NCBI RefSeq assembly: GCF_006345805.1
Contig: NC_043001.1
Span: 110,856,001 to 110,920,000 of the forward strand
Direction of reading: 5' to 3'
Origin: Octopus sinensis
Lineage: Eukaryota
DNA length: 64,000 bases
The position numbers and the translations under genes were made by a program. Below are positions 1 through 13,129 of the stretch, piece after piece; within the stretch, counting starts at the first letter, position 1, and the number at the start of each line of letters is the position of its first letter. The notes below the pieces were generated by a model. The model saw only the letters and a list, made by a program, of their open reading frames with translations. It had not been told where the DNA came from and ran no database searches.

Positions 1-1105
1 TTCGTCAGTAAGAAATAGCCAGATCGGAACAGATATATTCACGAGGCACTTCTGTCCCTGCCTCGGCAATATCTGACCTAAATTTTCAAATCATCGCACT
101 CGCGCCAAATTTATCGGCAGCAAATAAATATAAGCCGCCGATTCCATTACGGAATCAACCAGAAAATTCATAATTAATCAATATAGGGTGGCAAAAAAAT
201 TTTGTAGAATTTTTTTGCCACCAGCGGCCTAGTGGGAAAAAATTAAATAGTCATAGACCATTTATAAGTTCAACATCACAATCAAGGAACGGCCATAATA
301 GGCTATTCACCCACTAGAAATAACAGCCAAAGCTTCAACCGCAAAATAACATTAATTCCGCAAACCAGGAGAAAATTAAAAAAACATTTACCCTGTAATT
401 TCTTATACGATGCACCGTTTCGTCTATTGTTTAATGGTAAACTAACCTGATTAGTTGAAGCTTTGGCTGTTATTTCTAGTGGGTGAATGGCCTATTATGG
501 CCGTTCCTTGATTGTGATGTTGAACTTATAAATGGTCTATGACTATTTAATTTTTTCCCACTAGGCCGCTGGTGCAAAAAAATTCTACAAAATTTTTTTG
601 CCCCTATATTGATAATTATGAATTTTCTGGTTGATTCCGTAATGGAATCGGCGGCTTATATTTATTTGCTGTCGATAAATTTGGCGCGAGTGCGATGATT
701 TGAAAATTTTAGGTCAGATATTGCCGAGGCAGGGACAGAATTGCCTCGTGAAAATATCTGTTCCGATCTGGCTATTTCTTACTGACGAATCTAAGGGCCT
801 ATGGAAGATTGGCTTGATTTAATTTAATCAGGTTAGTTTACATTAAACAATAGACGAAACGGTGCATCGTATAAGAAATTACCGGGTAAATGTTTTTTTA
901 ATTTTCTCCTGGTTTGCGGAATTAATGTTATTTTGCGGTTGAAGCTTTGGCTGTTATTTCTAGTGGGTGAATGGCCTATTATGGCCGTTCCTTGATTGTG
1001 ATGTTGAACTTATAAATGGTCTATGACTATTTAATTTTTTCCACTAGGCCGCTGGTGGCAAAAAAATTCTACAAAATTTTTTTGCCACCCATATTGATTA
1101 ATTAT
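1..1105. repeat. 484-bp unit repeat array with an internal inversion (fold-back) junction at 453/454
   Basis: gttgaagctttggctg starts at 454 and again at 938 (period 484). 1-339 is the reverse complement of 454-789, and 340-453 is the reverse complement of 825-938. The array ends in (AT)n at ~1105. Confidence 0.95.
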
Positions 1106-1106
1106 A

Positions 1107-1180
<74 letters not shown>

Positions 1181-1322
1181 AAATAAGCAACAATCTATGG
1201 ACATCCTTGATTCTTATTTTGATTAAAATCACCCTATTTTGAATTATATGGATAATACCATATTAATTCTGGTGCCTTTATCCTAAGTACATATTCAACT
1301 AATTTTTTACTGAATTATATAT

Positions 1323-1355
<33 letters not shown>

Positions 1356-1372
1356 AGTAGTACGTATGCATG

Positions 1373-1406
<34 letters not shown>

Positions 1407-1430
1407 TGTATGTATGTATCTATCTATCCA

Positions 1431-1480
<50 letters not shown>
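1106..1480. repeat. (AT)n / (ATGT)n compound microsatellite
   Basis: Directly visible; source of the YIYI-type spurious ORFs. Confidence 0.9.
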
Positions 1481-2782
1481 CCAAACACTTAGGCCCACGC
1501 TCACATACATAAACACGATCATATTTTATTAGTCCGTATGCGCGTGAGTATTTATGTGTGTGCGTGTATGTGTGTGTGTGCATCAGTTGTTCTGTCACGG
1601 CTGCTCGGCTGTATGCTGCCCTTGGCGCTGCTTTTCATTTGTTATATAAACGCCGTTGTTTTTATCTTTTTTCTTTATAGTTGCGACTGCTGCTCTAGTT
1701 TCAATGTTGTGATATCTGCTGTTGCTCTTTTGTTTTCTTTTGTTTACTGTTGTGGCTATTGTTGTTTTTGTAGGTGCTGCTGCTGCTGCTACCGCCGCTG
1801 ATGTTCATAATGAAGATGATGATGATGATACCACTGTTAGCGCTGCTGCTGTTGCATGTCTTCCATGTACTCTCGTTGTATGGGTTGAAGCCAGCAGTGT
1901 ATATCTTCTTGCCGGTTTTGTGCAGTCCTTTAGACGAATTACAACACCAAACGTGTGTTCCTAGGCCATCTCCTCCCACCTCGCCCAGTAGTCATGAACA
2001 TTTTGGTGCCATATGGCAGCCTGATTTTGTGAATAACGGCTTCCAGGTTCTTTTGAAAAAAACCGTTATTTAAAATAGCGATCATATCAAGTGGCCAGCT
2101 TATCAAGTGGCCAGCATAGGAAGAAAATAAAATTATAATTAATAACTATTATTAAAATTATAATTAAAGTTTAAAGTTCGGGGTTTGACTTCTGTCTCTA
2201 GCACGGTGGTATCTTTTAAGTACCTTCGGAATTAGGAATATTTCGAAACAGCCTTCGAAACAGCCTTCGAAACATGTGTCGAGAGTAAAGGAATTTTGTT
2301 AAAATCGTCGTTCGACACCATTCTTTCATGTACTCATAGTTAAAAAAAACCACACAAATTTACCCACAGAAAACACGGGATCCTGTGTCCTTGGCATATA
2401 GTTCAACCGTGTTTTCTGACGTGAATTTGCTACCCAGGTATCGGTTAACCGAATTATCCATCTAGGATAATTCATTCAGCTTCTAAATATATATATATAT
2501 ATATATATATACTATATATATATATATATATATATAAAACACATTCTGCAGGCAAATTGAAACTAGAGCACTGATTTCAAAAACGCATAACACTAAAATA
2601 CAATAGCCCAAATATTCCAGGAAACATATTGTTCCGTAAACTGCGATAAAAGAGGATGAAAAGGGGAAGAGTGTAAATGAAAAGAGAGGTGATTGTTTAG
2701 AGGATGCTTTGCAGTAGATTTACTCTTATAGATTTCGAGTGTTGCTTGTTTTTTCGATGTCGATTGTTGACAGCTAAAGAGG

Positions 2783-2872
<90 letters not shown>

Positions 2873-3901
2873 TGCGTGTGTATTCAAATATTATTGCCTC
2901 CAATAATGTGTTATTCCCGGAGATTTTAAGGTAGTAAAAAGGACCTTAGCGTCTATTTCTTACGGTACGTGGTGAGGCATAAAGCTGACCCTTTGGTATA
3001 GTTATGTATATTATTATATAATGTTATATATATATATATATAATGTGCGTGTGTGATATCGGTTTGTGTGCGCATTTACGGCACAGAGTGGAATAGTGTA
3101 GCGAGGTACAACTCAGTATGGTATGATGTGGTGGTTGTGTTTAGCTTGGGGCCAATGCGTAGGGGTTTTATGCGGGGTGTCGCCTTAATCGCTTTCCATA
3201 ATTTTTTCCTTATATTTTCACTCCAGTCCTGTTTTTGTTTCATGCATACACACACACGCATATACACAATGCAACAATCAAGTATACACTCGTAAACGCA
3301 AGCACAGAGGGCAACACATTCATGCTTACGTGTGTGTGTATATATATATATTCACACACATATATATATATATATGTATACCCACATATATATATATATA
3401 TATGTATAATAAACATGGATGTATATATTATGTGCATATATATATATATATATATATTATATAATATATATATATATTATATATATACATATATATACAT
3501 ATATATAAATTATATACATATTATACATATATATTATATATATGCATCCATACACGTACCATGTTCTTTATTTTCCCTTTATACACCTACGCCTTAGAAA
3601 GACATATCGTATTCCAATTTCCTTTTCTCACTCTCACCCGATCGTACTTTGACTATACACACACACACACGCACACATACACAAACACACACACTTATAT
3701 AGATATGTGTGTGTGAGGGAGTTTATACACAAACACTCACTTACACACACACACACACACACGTACACACACACATATATATATATGCATATATATAAAA
3801 TCATCTACATGCGCATATTTATATATATGTATATATGTATATGGGTTTATATATATATACATACATACACACATAAACATATGAATTACCCGTAAATGTG
3901 C

Positions 3902-4006
<105 letters not shown>

Positions 4007-4420
4007 GTCATATATGTATTTATACTTATAGTTGTGTGTGTGTGTATATATATTATATAGATGAATGTACAAATATGTGTCTGTACTCATAAGCATACAT
4101 TTATACACACACGCTTATGTGTATATGCGTACGTGTGCGCTCACGAGTCTTTACACCACTCCCGTTCTTACACCTCTTACTATTCCTCCCACACTTCTAA
4201 TTGTATGAATTTATCTTTTTGTCGCTAGCATTCCTTTCTCTTCTTGCGTTACTAGCCTTCTTCCTGCCTATCTCTCACATTCCTATCTCTTTGCTCTGCC
4301 ATTGTGTCCCTCAGTATTACATAACCTTCTCCCGCACACTCACTCACAAACGCAACACCGTTTCTTTGTCTTACAATATATATATATATATAATATATAT
4401 ATAATATATATATGATATAG

Positions 4421-4464
<44 letters not shown>

Positions 4465-4476
4465 GTGTCTATATAA

Positions 4477-4845
4477 TCTTTTCTACTAAAGGCACAACGC
4501 AAGAAATTTTGGGGGAGGTAGGCATTTCTATTACATCGGTCCCTCCAAAATTTCACTGGTACTTAATTTACCAACCACTAAAAGATAAAAGACGAAGTCG
4601 ACTTAGGCGAAGTTTGAACTGAGAACGTATACTTTCCTACTCCTGTTACAAGGCCCGAAATTTTGGGGGAGGGGGACAGTCAATTAGATCAACCCCAGTA
4701 CTCAACTGGTGCTTAATTTACCGACCCTGAAAGGATCAAAAGGTAAAGTAGACCTCGGCGAAATTTGAACTAAGAACGTAAAGACAGACGAAATACTGCT
4801 AAGCAAATCGCCCCGCGTGCTAATGTTTCTGCCAGCTCGTAGCCT
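4477..4845 (-). mobile_element. tRNA-derived SINE family A, dimer
   Basis: Reverse complement of head ggcggcgagctggcagaaacgttagc, B-box gttcaaattc and core tttcatcctttcggggtcgataaattaagtaccag; the core occurs twice. Confidence 0.85.
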
Positions 4846-4891
4846 TGATTGTAACTATACAACATACATACATACATACATACATTATATA

Positions 4892-4980
<89 letters not shown>

Positions 4981-5015
4981 TATGTATATGTATATATTAT
5001 ATGTATATATATTTT

Positions 5016-5047
<32 letters not shown>

Positions 5048-5296
5048 TATATATGTTATATATATATATATGTAATTATATGTAATATATTAATAATTAT
5101 ATATATATATTATATATATATAACATATATATATATACTTTGATACTTTGAAAGCTTTCTGTCAGTATTGCCTTCCCCACCATGTATAACTTAATGGCAC
5201 CACCTTACAGATTCATTCATATAAGGGACCGGGTGGTAGGGTTTATCCGGGGATTTCCAAACAATTCATCCGAACAAATGCACAGACACACGTGCA

Positions 5297-5345
<49 letters not shown>

Positions 5346-5760
5346 GTATATATATAAAGATATATAGACAAATATATGTATGTAATATATATATAATATA
5401 TATATAATATAAAATAATAATATTAATATATATATATGTATATATATATAACATGTGTCTTTATATATTTACAATTATATTGTATAAATATAACAGACGA
5501 ACATTTGCATGTGTTCCGTATGCATATGAATCTGTGTGTTTGCATATAAGCAGATGCTTATATGAGATTAATCACACTTATATGTATGCCAATATATATC
5601 TGTACGCATAATTAACCGTTCGATAGATAGAAAGGTAGACCGGCTGACAGACGGACAGACAAACCGATATAGAGACCGGTCAGAGAGAGAAACAAACGGA
5701 TAGATGGATGTATGAATGTATAGATCAAAAGACAGATAGATAGATATATCGATAAATGTC

Positions 5761-5824
<64 letters not shown>

Positions 5825-5886
5825 TATGTATATATTTATGTATATATATATATGTGTATATATATATATAAAATATATTATATATA

Positions 5887-5929
<43 letters not shown>

Positions 5930-6258
5930 ATATATATATATTCATAAAATAGGAAACCTATGATCAACAAACACATTCAAACTTTTTCGTTGATTATTTA
6001 TACAAAAACATAACATTACTTACACAGCCGTTCCGCTTCCAGTGTTAGTCGGTGCTTACGGATGTAATTCCAAAACTAATATTTGTTATCTTCATTATAC
6101 ATTTGATCTAGTACAAGGAGCTTTATGAGAGTGAATAAAAAAGCGTAAAATAAAATAAAGAGAAGATAGAATGGGACAGCACAGGTAAATGATACTGATA
6201 GTAAATGCGGATACTATTATCCCTTCGTGGGTTACTACAACCGCTAACTCTTCTTGCC

Positions 6259-6305
<47 letters not shown>

Positions 6306-6359
6306 ATACATATATATATATATAGTGAGACAGAAATAAATGGATAGATATGTATATAG

Positions 6360-6595
<236 letters not shown>

Positions 6596-6823
6596 TAAAA
6601 GAAAATCAGCGATACACACATATGTGTCTCTCGGAATTTTCTCAATATATATTACATCCGTTTCAATTATTATACAATGTATGACAATGTTGCCTAAGTT
6701 TGCGAAGACAAGTTGTACATTAACATCAACAATCTCCGTATTATCTGGAATAATACGTGTCTGAATATTTTATCATCAAGTGCAATAAATCCGTGAAGCT
6801 TCTACGGATTCCGTCCATCAAAT

Positions 6824-7060
6824 ATAGGCGGCGAGCTAGCAGAATCGTTAGCACGTCGGGCGAAATGCTTAGCGGTATTTCGGCTGCCGTTACGTTGTGA
6901 GTTCAAATTTCGCCGAGGTCACCTTTGCCTTTCATCCTCTCGGGGTCGATAAATTAAGTACCAGTTAAACACTGGGGTCGATATAATCGACTTAATACCT
7001 ATGTCTGTCCATGTTTGTCCCCTCTATGTTTAGTCCCTTGTGGGTAATAAAGAAATAGGT
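6824..7060 (+). mobile_element. tRNA-derived SINE family A, full length with 15-bp TSD
   Basis: A-box-like tagcagaatcgttagc, B-box gagttcaaattt and core present; ttccgtccatcaaat occurs at 6809-6823 and 7061-7075. Confidence 0.93.
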
Positions 7061-7429
7061 TTCCGTCCATCAAATTTTGTTTACGTCTTTATTATCATCG
7101 AATGCACTGTAAATGGCACTTGTTGAAGATGCCATGCACCGAAATTGAAAGAGAGGACACTTGGTAGTAAAAGAGCCTCTTAATTTCTCGGCCCTTATTG
7201 TGTCGATATAGGCATAGGTAGACACACACGCACCATAATCTTGGCACACATTTACATACAAGTATATAAACGCACGCACACAAACACGAACGCTCACACA
7301 CGAATACTAACACGTATGATTTTATATATATATATAAACATTTATACATACAAACACACCCACACCTACATACATACACACATACTTACATACAGACAGA
7401 CAGAAAGATATATATATATATATATATAT

Positions 7430-7484
<55 letters not shown>

Positions 7485-8329
7485 CGTATATATTTCTGCA
7501 GATACGCATAAGGCTCTGTCATTCAACATGCACATATACACATTTCTATGCATATATTTATGCACTCAAATATTTTTTGTTATATGTGTGTATGCACATA
7601 TTGGAGTCATACTTGCAACCGTATCATCACACACTGAACGCTTCCCAGTGATAATTACTTGTTAATATTCTTACTAATTACTCGTTTGTATGCATAATGT
7701 CGAGAAACACACAGACGAACACGTACCCAAAACACGTACCTAAAGTGTACAGAATGACGAAGGTACCCCAAATCATGCTCGCAGCTCCAACGCATATACA
7801 TTTTTAACTACTCGGATAGAGTGCCATTCACTCACATACACATATCAAACATACATGCATAGAATTACATCAACATACATACACGTATATACATTCATAT
7901 ACATTCCAACATATGGACAAAAAACAAACATTGGTGTGTAGCACCCGCCTACATAAGCATAGCAACACATGTATAGTGCCATATACACATATATGTAAGC
8001 ATTACTAGCATGCACACCCACATTACGAAGATAAACAAAGACAAACACGCCCGCATGAATTCTTATATTAGTGCGGGCGTGCGAGCGTATGTAAGTGCGT
8101 GTATGTGAGTATATGTGAGTGTGTGTGCACAAAATAGCACCCGTGCAGAAATGTGATTTTAAGAAACAAACGCAACTGCACATCTAAAAACCACATGCAA
8201 ACGCACGTATCCTCGCTAGTATAGCCCCAGCCCAAGCGCACACTCGGCAGTTCTTGCACATCGGGTATGAACACAACTCAGTAACACACTACAACTTAAA
8301 CCACCGCCTGAATCTCATTCAAATTCTAT

Positions 8330-8712
8330 GATAATCCTATGTCTATCTCTTTTAGCTTTTACCTTGCCACTTCTCTTCCTACATTCCACACCCTCACATT
8401 TTATGTATATATTTATACATATCTACGTGCTCCTTTGCTTTTACATTCTCTTATTCCACCCGTTCCTCTCGTTCCCTCTAAACATTTACCTCTTCGTCTC
8501 GGCATCGCACCCGTTCGTTCTTCACTCATTCATACACACATCTCTCCCACTCCTTTTTCTCCTCTTTGGCCTACTTCAGCATACGTTTTTCCCCCACCTA
8601 CCGCTTCTTTCTATCTTCTGCACATATACACACACTCAAATGCACTTACACGCATTCACATTATTTCACTCTCTATCTTCACCCCTATCCATGTGCTCCC
8701 ATCCACTCTTCT

Positions 8713-8759
<47 letters not shown>

Positions 8760-9370
8760 ATCTCTATCTTCACTCCTATCCATATGCTCCCATCCACGCC
8801 TCTCTCTCTCTTTCTCACCAAATCTCTTGTGGTGCCTATCTAATATATACATCGTTACGTCTAAGTCTATCCCCTTTGTAGATTTGTCTACCCGTCTCCC
8901 TTGTTTTATCTTTTAATCTATCTTTTATACATTCTTCTCTCATTCTTCTCTGTCTATATCTCAGAGCCTCCATATACCTCTGTCTATCTCCTTTTCAATT
9001 TCTCACTCTCCTTCATATGATTCTTCCCTTTACTTTTCCTATTCTCATACTCACCTCTGCCCACTAAAATTCCCCTCTCTCTTTCTCTGTCTCTCTCTGC
9101 TCAACTTTCGCTTATATCTGGACTCACATCATTTGGTCTCTCTCTCCCATTCTTAAACTCATTCATTTCTACGTTAAACTCCTATTTTCCGTCTTTCACA
9201 AAAACATAAATTTCTGCTTTCCCGCCTTCGCTCTCTTTCTCTTTTCAATTCTGTCTTTCCTTTTCTCTTTAAGTCAAACCTCCATTTACTTTCTTTTCGT
9301 TATCTCGGCCTTATTGTCTTCAGATTCCTCTCTATTTTCTCTCTCACTCTTTCTGACCTCTACCTCATAT
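8330..9370 (+). repeat. ~1 kb polypyrimidine (CT-rich) low-complexity tract
   Basis: Strong C+T strand bias with (CT)n runs; internal duplication ctctatcttcac.cctatccat.tgctcccatccac at ~8670 and ~8762. Confidence 0.85.
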
Positions 9371-9640
9371 TACCTTCTTTCCAATCATAAAACCTATCCA
9401 GCCTCTTGAGCACATTTTTCTTCCAAGAATTCACATAATTCTTATGCACAGGCGTCACAATTTAGAATGTCTTTCTTTCTTACCTTACACCCGTTCCATA
9501 CATTTGTTGTACGGCATATAACTGTGTATTTTACTTTACGTAAGCGTTGTATATCACTTCCTCTTTTAAATTCTTCTTTATTGTTAAATTCAGTCTCAGA
9601 TTCATACAAAAGCCACCATCCCAATAGGCGTACACTCTAA
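9370..9640 (-). mobile_element. possible 3' end relic of a CR1/L2-type LINE
   Basis: Minus-strand peptide remnants RTTNVWNG and KRLDRF resemble the CR1 ORF2 C-terminus; highly degenerate. Confidence 0.3.
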
Positions 9641-9954
9641 ATAGTAACGCTTCCTGCTAGAAATATCAAAGAAGTGTTCATTAATTTTACACATTATCAG
9701 CTTTTAAACGGGATGAAACAGTTAACGTTTTACTACGTTAAAAAATTCACCCTGAATGAGATAATTATACGTCTAATGCCACGATGAAATCTCTTAGAAC
9801 ACAAATCTGTTCCATAGAACACCACTGTCTAAAATAAGCAACAGCAAAATGATCAATGACAATAGAAAATATTTTCAAATTTTTGTATAATTTTTACGAG
9901 AGCAGTCGATGTAAGAGACTCACCCAGGGAGCGAGTAAAACATCCACCCTAGTG

Positions 9955-10048
9955 TTCAATTGGTATTTATTTTATCAACCACCAATATGACAAAAGGCAA
10001 AGTCGACCTCGATGTAATTTGAACCCATAACAAAGCAACGGACGAAAA
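9955..10048 (-). mobile_element. SINE family A fragment
   Basis: aaaggcaaagtcgacctcgatgtaatttgaac matches the family A B-box/core. Confidence 0.75.
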
Positions 10049-10114
10049 GGGCTAGTATAGCCACTGCAGGTCTTCGTGGTCTATCTTGCATGTGTAGCAG
10101 TTCTGTGTTTAATA

Positions 10115-10613
10115 TTGGCTTATATGCACATATACATTTCTCCATTTCAAAGCTGGCTCAGTCGCTTTTTTGCGGTTAGCACTTTTAGTAGACCGTATGT
10201 GGGTCCGGTAGTTAAGCATGCGACGCTTGGATAAATTAAATCTTCTTCCAGTACGAACGGCTGGTTGGTCAAAAACGAAACAACACGGAGGCGACGGCAG
10301 CGCTAATAGTGTGCTCGAGAATGCCTCCAAGAAGACCACATTGTTTGTTCAGTCCGTCGGCTCATCGAGAGAACTTGCTGAGCAGCCAGTTTTGACGTAA
10401 GTGAAAGAACTACATGCCGAGAGAGTTCTAAGGCGAAGGAAGGAAAACTCTCTAGAGAGAAATGGCGACTGTCATGCTTTATAGAAATGCCAAACCGGAA
10501 ACAGAAGGAAATGTTCTATGCTAACCAATCACAAACAACGACAGAAAAGGTGCAATCACAAGTCGAAAGAGCCAAGTTTGAAATGGAGAAATATATATTT
10601 GTATGTAAGCCAA
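10115..10613. mobile_element. MITE / non-autonomous TIR element with TA target duplication
   Basis: Left ttggcttatatgcacatatacatttctccatttcaaa (10115-10151) versus right tttgaaatggagaaatatatatttgtatgtaagccaa (10577-10613): imperfect 37-bp inverted repeats; TA at 10113-14 and 10614-15. Confidence 0.85.
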
Positions 10614-11709
10614 TATCAAGCACAAAGCTGCTACAGATGTCTTAGCTAGATATGCAAGATAGAGCAGATGAGCTTATTTTCAAACTTAACAAATTTCTAA
10701 TAGTCTGAGAAGCTCATTATCGCTGACGGTTTAAGAAGTATTTTGCACAACCACGAGGCTCTGCGATTGATGATATTTCGTGACAGCTTGGCTAAATATC
10801 ATTTTCTACTGACTCAGATTGATCCATAACTTTTAAGTGAAATTGGGTGAAGGTAAACTGTGTATCATCCTATGTTTGGTTGAAACTGTGACGTCAAAGG
10901 TACGGCCTTATCACACGTTGTAAAATCACAGCTCAACCACTGAAATGCTGATTAGAAACAGTAAATAAATAATAAATTCACAGTTTTATCTATATTGCCG
11001 AACGGCAGTGGTTCACCCTCAACCCCCACCACTATCACCATCAATACCAAATATTCAGAAACGGAAAGAAGTCTCTTGGAAACTACAAATAAAATTTTGT
11101 GCAATGAAAGTATCACCAAGATATAAGTTATCACACCATAGCAATACATCGACAGATGTTACAGAGCGGGCCTCAAAATGGTCGAATTAACCGGCTAGAA
11201 TTAACGACCAAATTTCCATCGTGCCATCTTTTAAAATGTAATGATGTACTTAATGAAACCGTCCGAAAAATAAGGGATTTTTATGTTTGGGATGAGGTGA
11301 TTATCGGTCTACTGAATCAGGATTAACGCAACATAAACCGGCAGCTATAACTTTAATTCTACATTTCCGCACACTTTCCTACGTCTTCTCAGAAAATTTC
11401 TCAGAAAATCGTAATACGTAGATGAAAATGTTCGCACCCCTTTCAATTAATTTCCTAAATGAAAAACAAAATAAACATTTCTCTAAACGCTACATCAAAT
11501 ACCGAGAAATATAAAGACGAAATATAAGGCGAAATATATTGAACTTTACTCATAGTATATGGGAATATTGCATATATACCATTATGCCTAAAAAATGGAT
11601 TTACAACTTCAATACCCATACATATCTTGCATCAATCTTCTTCCCTCCACCTCACTCTCTATTTTGTATCTCATCTAAACTAGCTATGACTTAACCATCC
11701 TCTCACACC

Positions 11710-11761
11710 GTCTCCGATGAAGGGATATTGTTAATAAATATCCTGGAAACAGCTGTAAGAC
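11710..11761 (+). ncRNA. minimal type I hammerhead ribozyme motif (Penelope type), U4C variant
   Basis: GTCT-CCGATGA-A-GGGATATT-gttaata-AATATCCT-g-GAAAC-AGCT-GTA-AGAC: stem I GTCT/AGAC, 8-bp stem II, palindromic stem III ACAGCTGT, GUA cleavage triplet. Confidence 0.75.
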
Positions 11762-12302
11762 ATTCTATCTATAAATGGTCTAATAGCTACACAGCCTTGG
11801 TTGTTTATCTTATTACGCAAAAAATTCATTTAGACGAAATATAAGACTTTATATAGCACGTATCGAATCCAATATTAACCTTTTTTACCAGTCGATTAAA
11901 GAAGACGAGTAAATTAGTGAAAGTAGTAAATTCGAAAAGGTACAATTGATATCCATGCTGAATGTATTTCAACATACTCAAACTAGAAAGACAAACCTTG
12001 TAGTCATATGTGATTTTAATGAACCAGACTTAATCCACTACCATCAATGTCACTGTATTGTTCTTCAGCTACCAGCCGCAGGGTATCTGTGGCATCATGG
12101 GTGTCTTTCAACGAAGTAAAAGTTTGCCTTTCATTATTTCCGGGTCGATAAAATAAGTACCAACTGAGGATCAACACTAATGTAATCAAACAAAACACCA
12201 TAATTAATGACGCATCAATCACATCGTAAGGTGATAATGCCTTTCATTTTGATGAAATACGATTGCATGTATGTATCTCTCTATAAATATCTTTACAAAA
12301 AC

Positions 12303-12381
<79 letters not shown>

Positions 12382-12567
12382 AAATCCCTCGACTATCGCA
12401 AGTGTTACGTTTCAAAACGCTCCGCGGATTAGAAACAGTACTGTACTGTATATATTTACAATTTGCATATATCTATTCTCTTATAATAAAAGCAAAACAA
12501 CACCACAGAGAAATCGACGTAAGCTTAAATTTCAAACCACGATAGGTGAACCGCAATAAAGCGAGGG

Positions 12568-12637
<70 letters not shown>

Positions 12638-13129
12638 ATGTGTGTGTGTGTTTGTGTGTGTACAGAGAGTGCGGGCGCGAGAGAGGAGAGAGACGGATAG
12701 TTGAACACAGGCACATACACACGCGAACAAGGAATTTCCCAAGGAAGTACGAATGCAGAAGAATGTGGTATCACGTTTTCAGGCGCAATAAACAACAGAA
12801 TATGCGTGGAGATATCGGATAATCATTATGAAGGATGATATTTCAACTATCCGCAAGGCGTGGGCAATCGTCATCACTTACCCTGTATAACACATGAGAT
12901 ACGCACCAAATATTTTGAAAGCTTCAACCGTGGTCGACAAATGAAGGAAGGATAACGGAAGCGTAATTAGCGAAACGAGGTGCCTGATTGATAAACGTGG
13001 GCGTCGAATTTAATTATCGATATTTTGCTCGCATTATTGCGCGCTTTCACACACACTTTATGTTCATGTTATAAGTTCTAGTTGCGGGCTGAATTGTACA
13101 CATGGCGACCAAAATTATTAGTAGCATTT

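Noticed and set aside
1701-1994. Minus-strand 98-codon ORF (…HVWCCNSSKG…SQH*) as a last exon
   Set aside because: No pyrimidine-rich acceptor, low-complexity second half, no recognisable motif; the CC is not an insulin A-chain CCxxxC.
2081-2272. 16-bp (tatcaagtggccagc) and 12-bp (ttcgaaacagcc) direct repeats
   Set aside because: Two to three adjacent copies without spacers: ordinary slippage duplications, not CRISPR-like.
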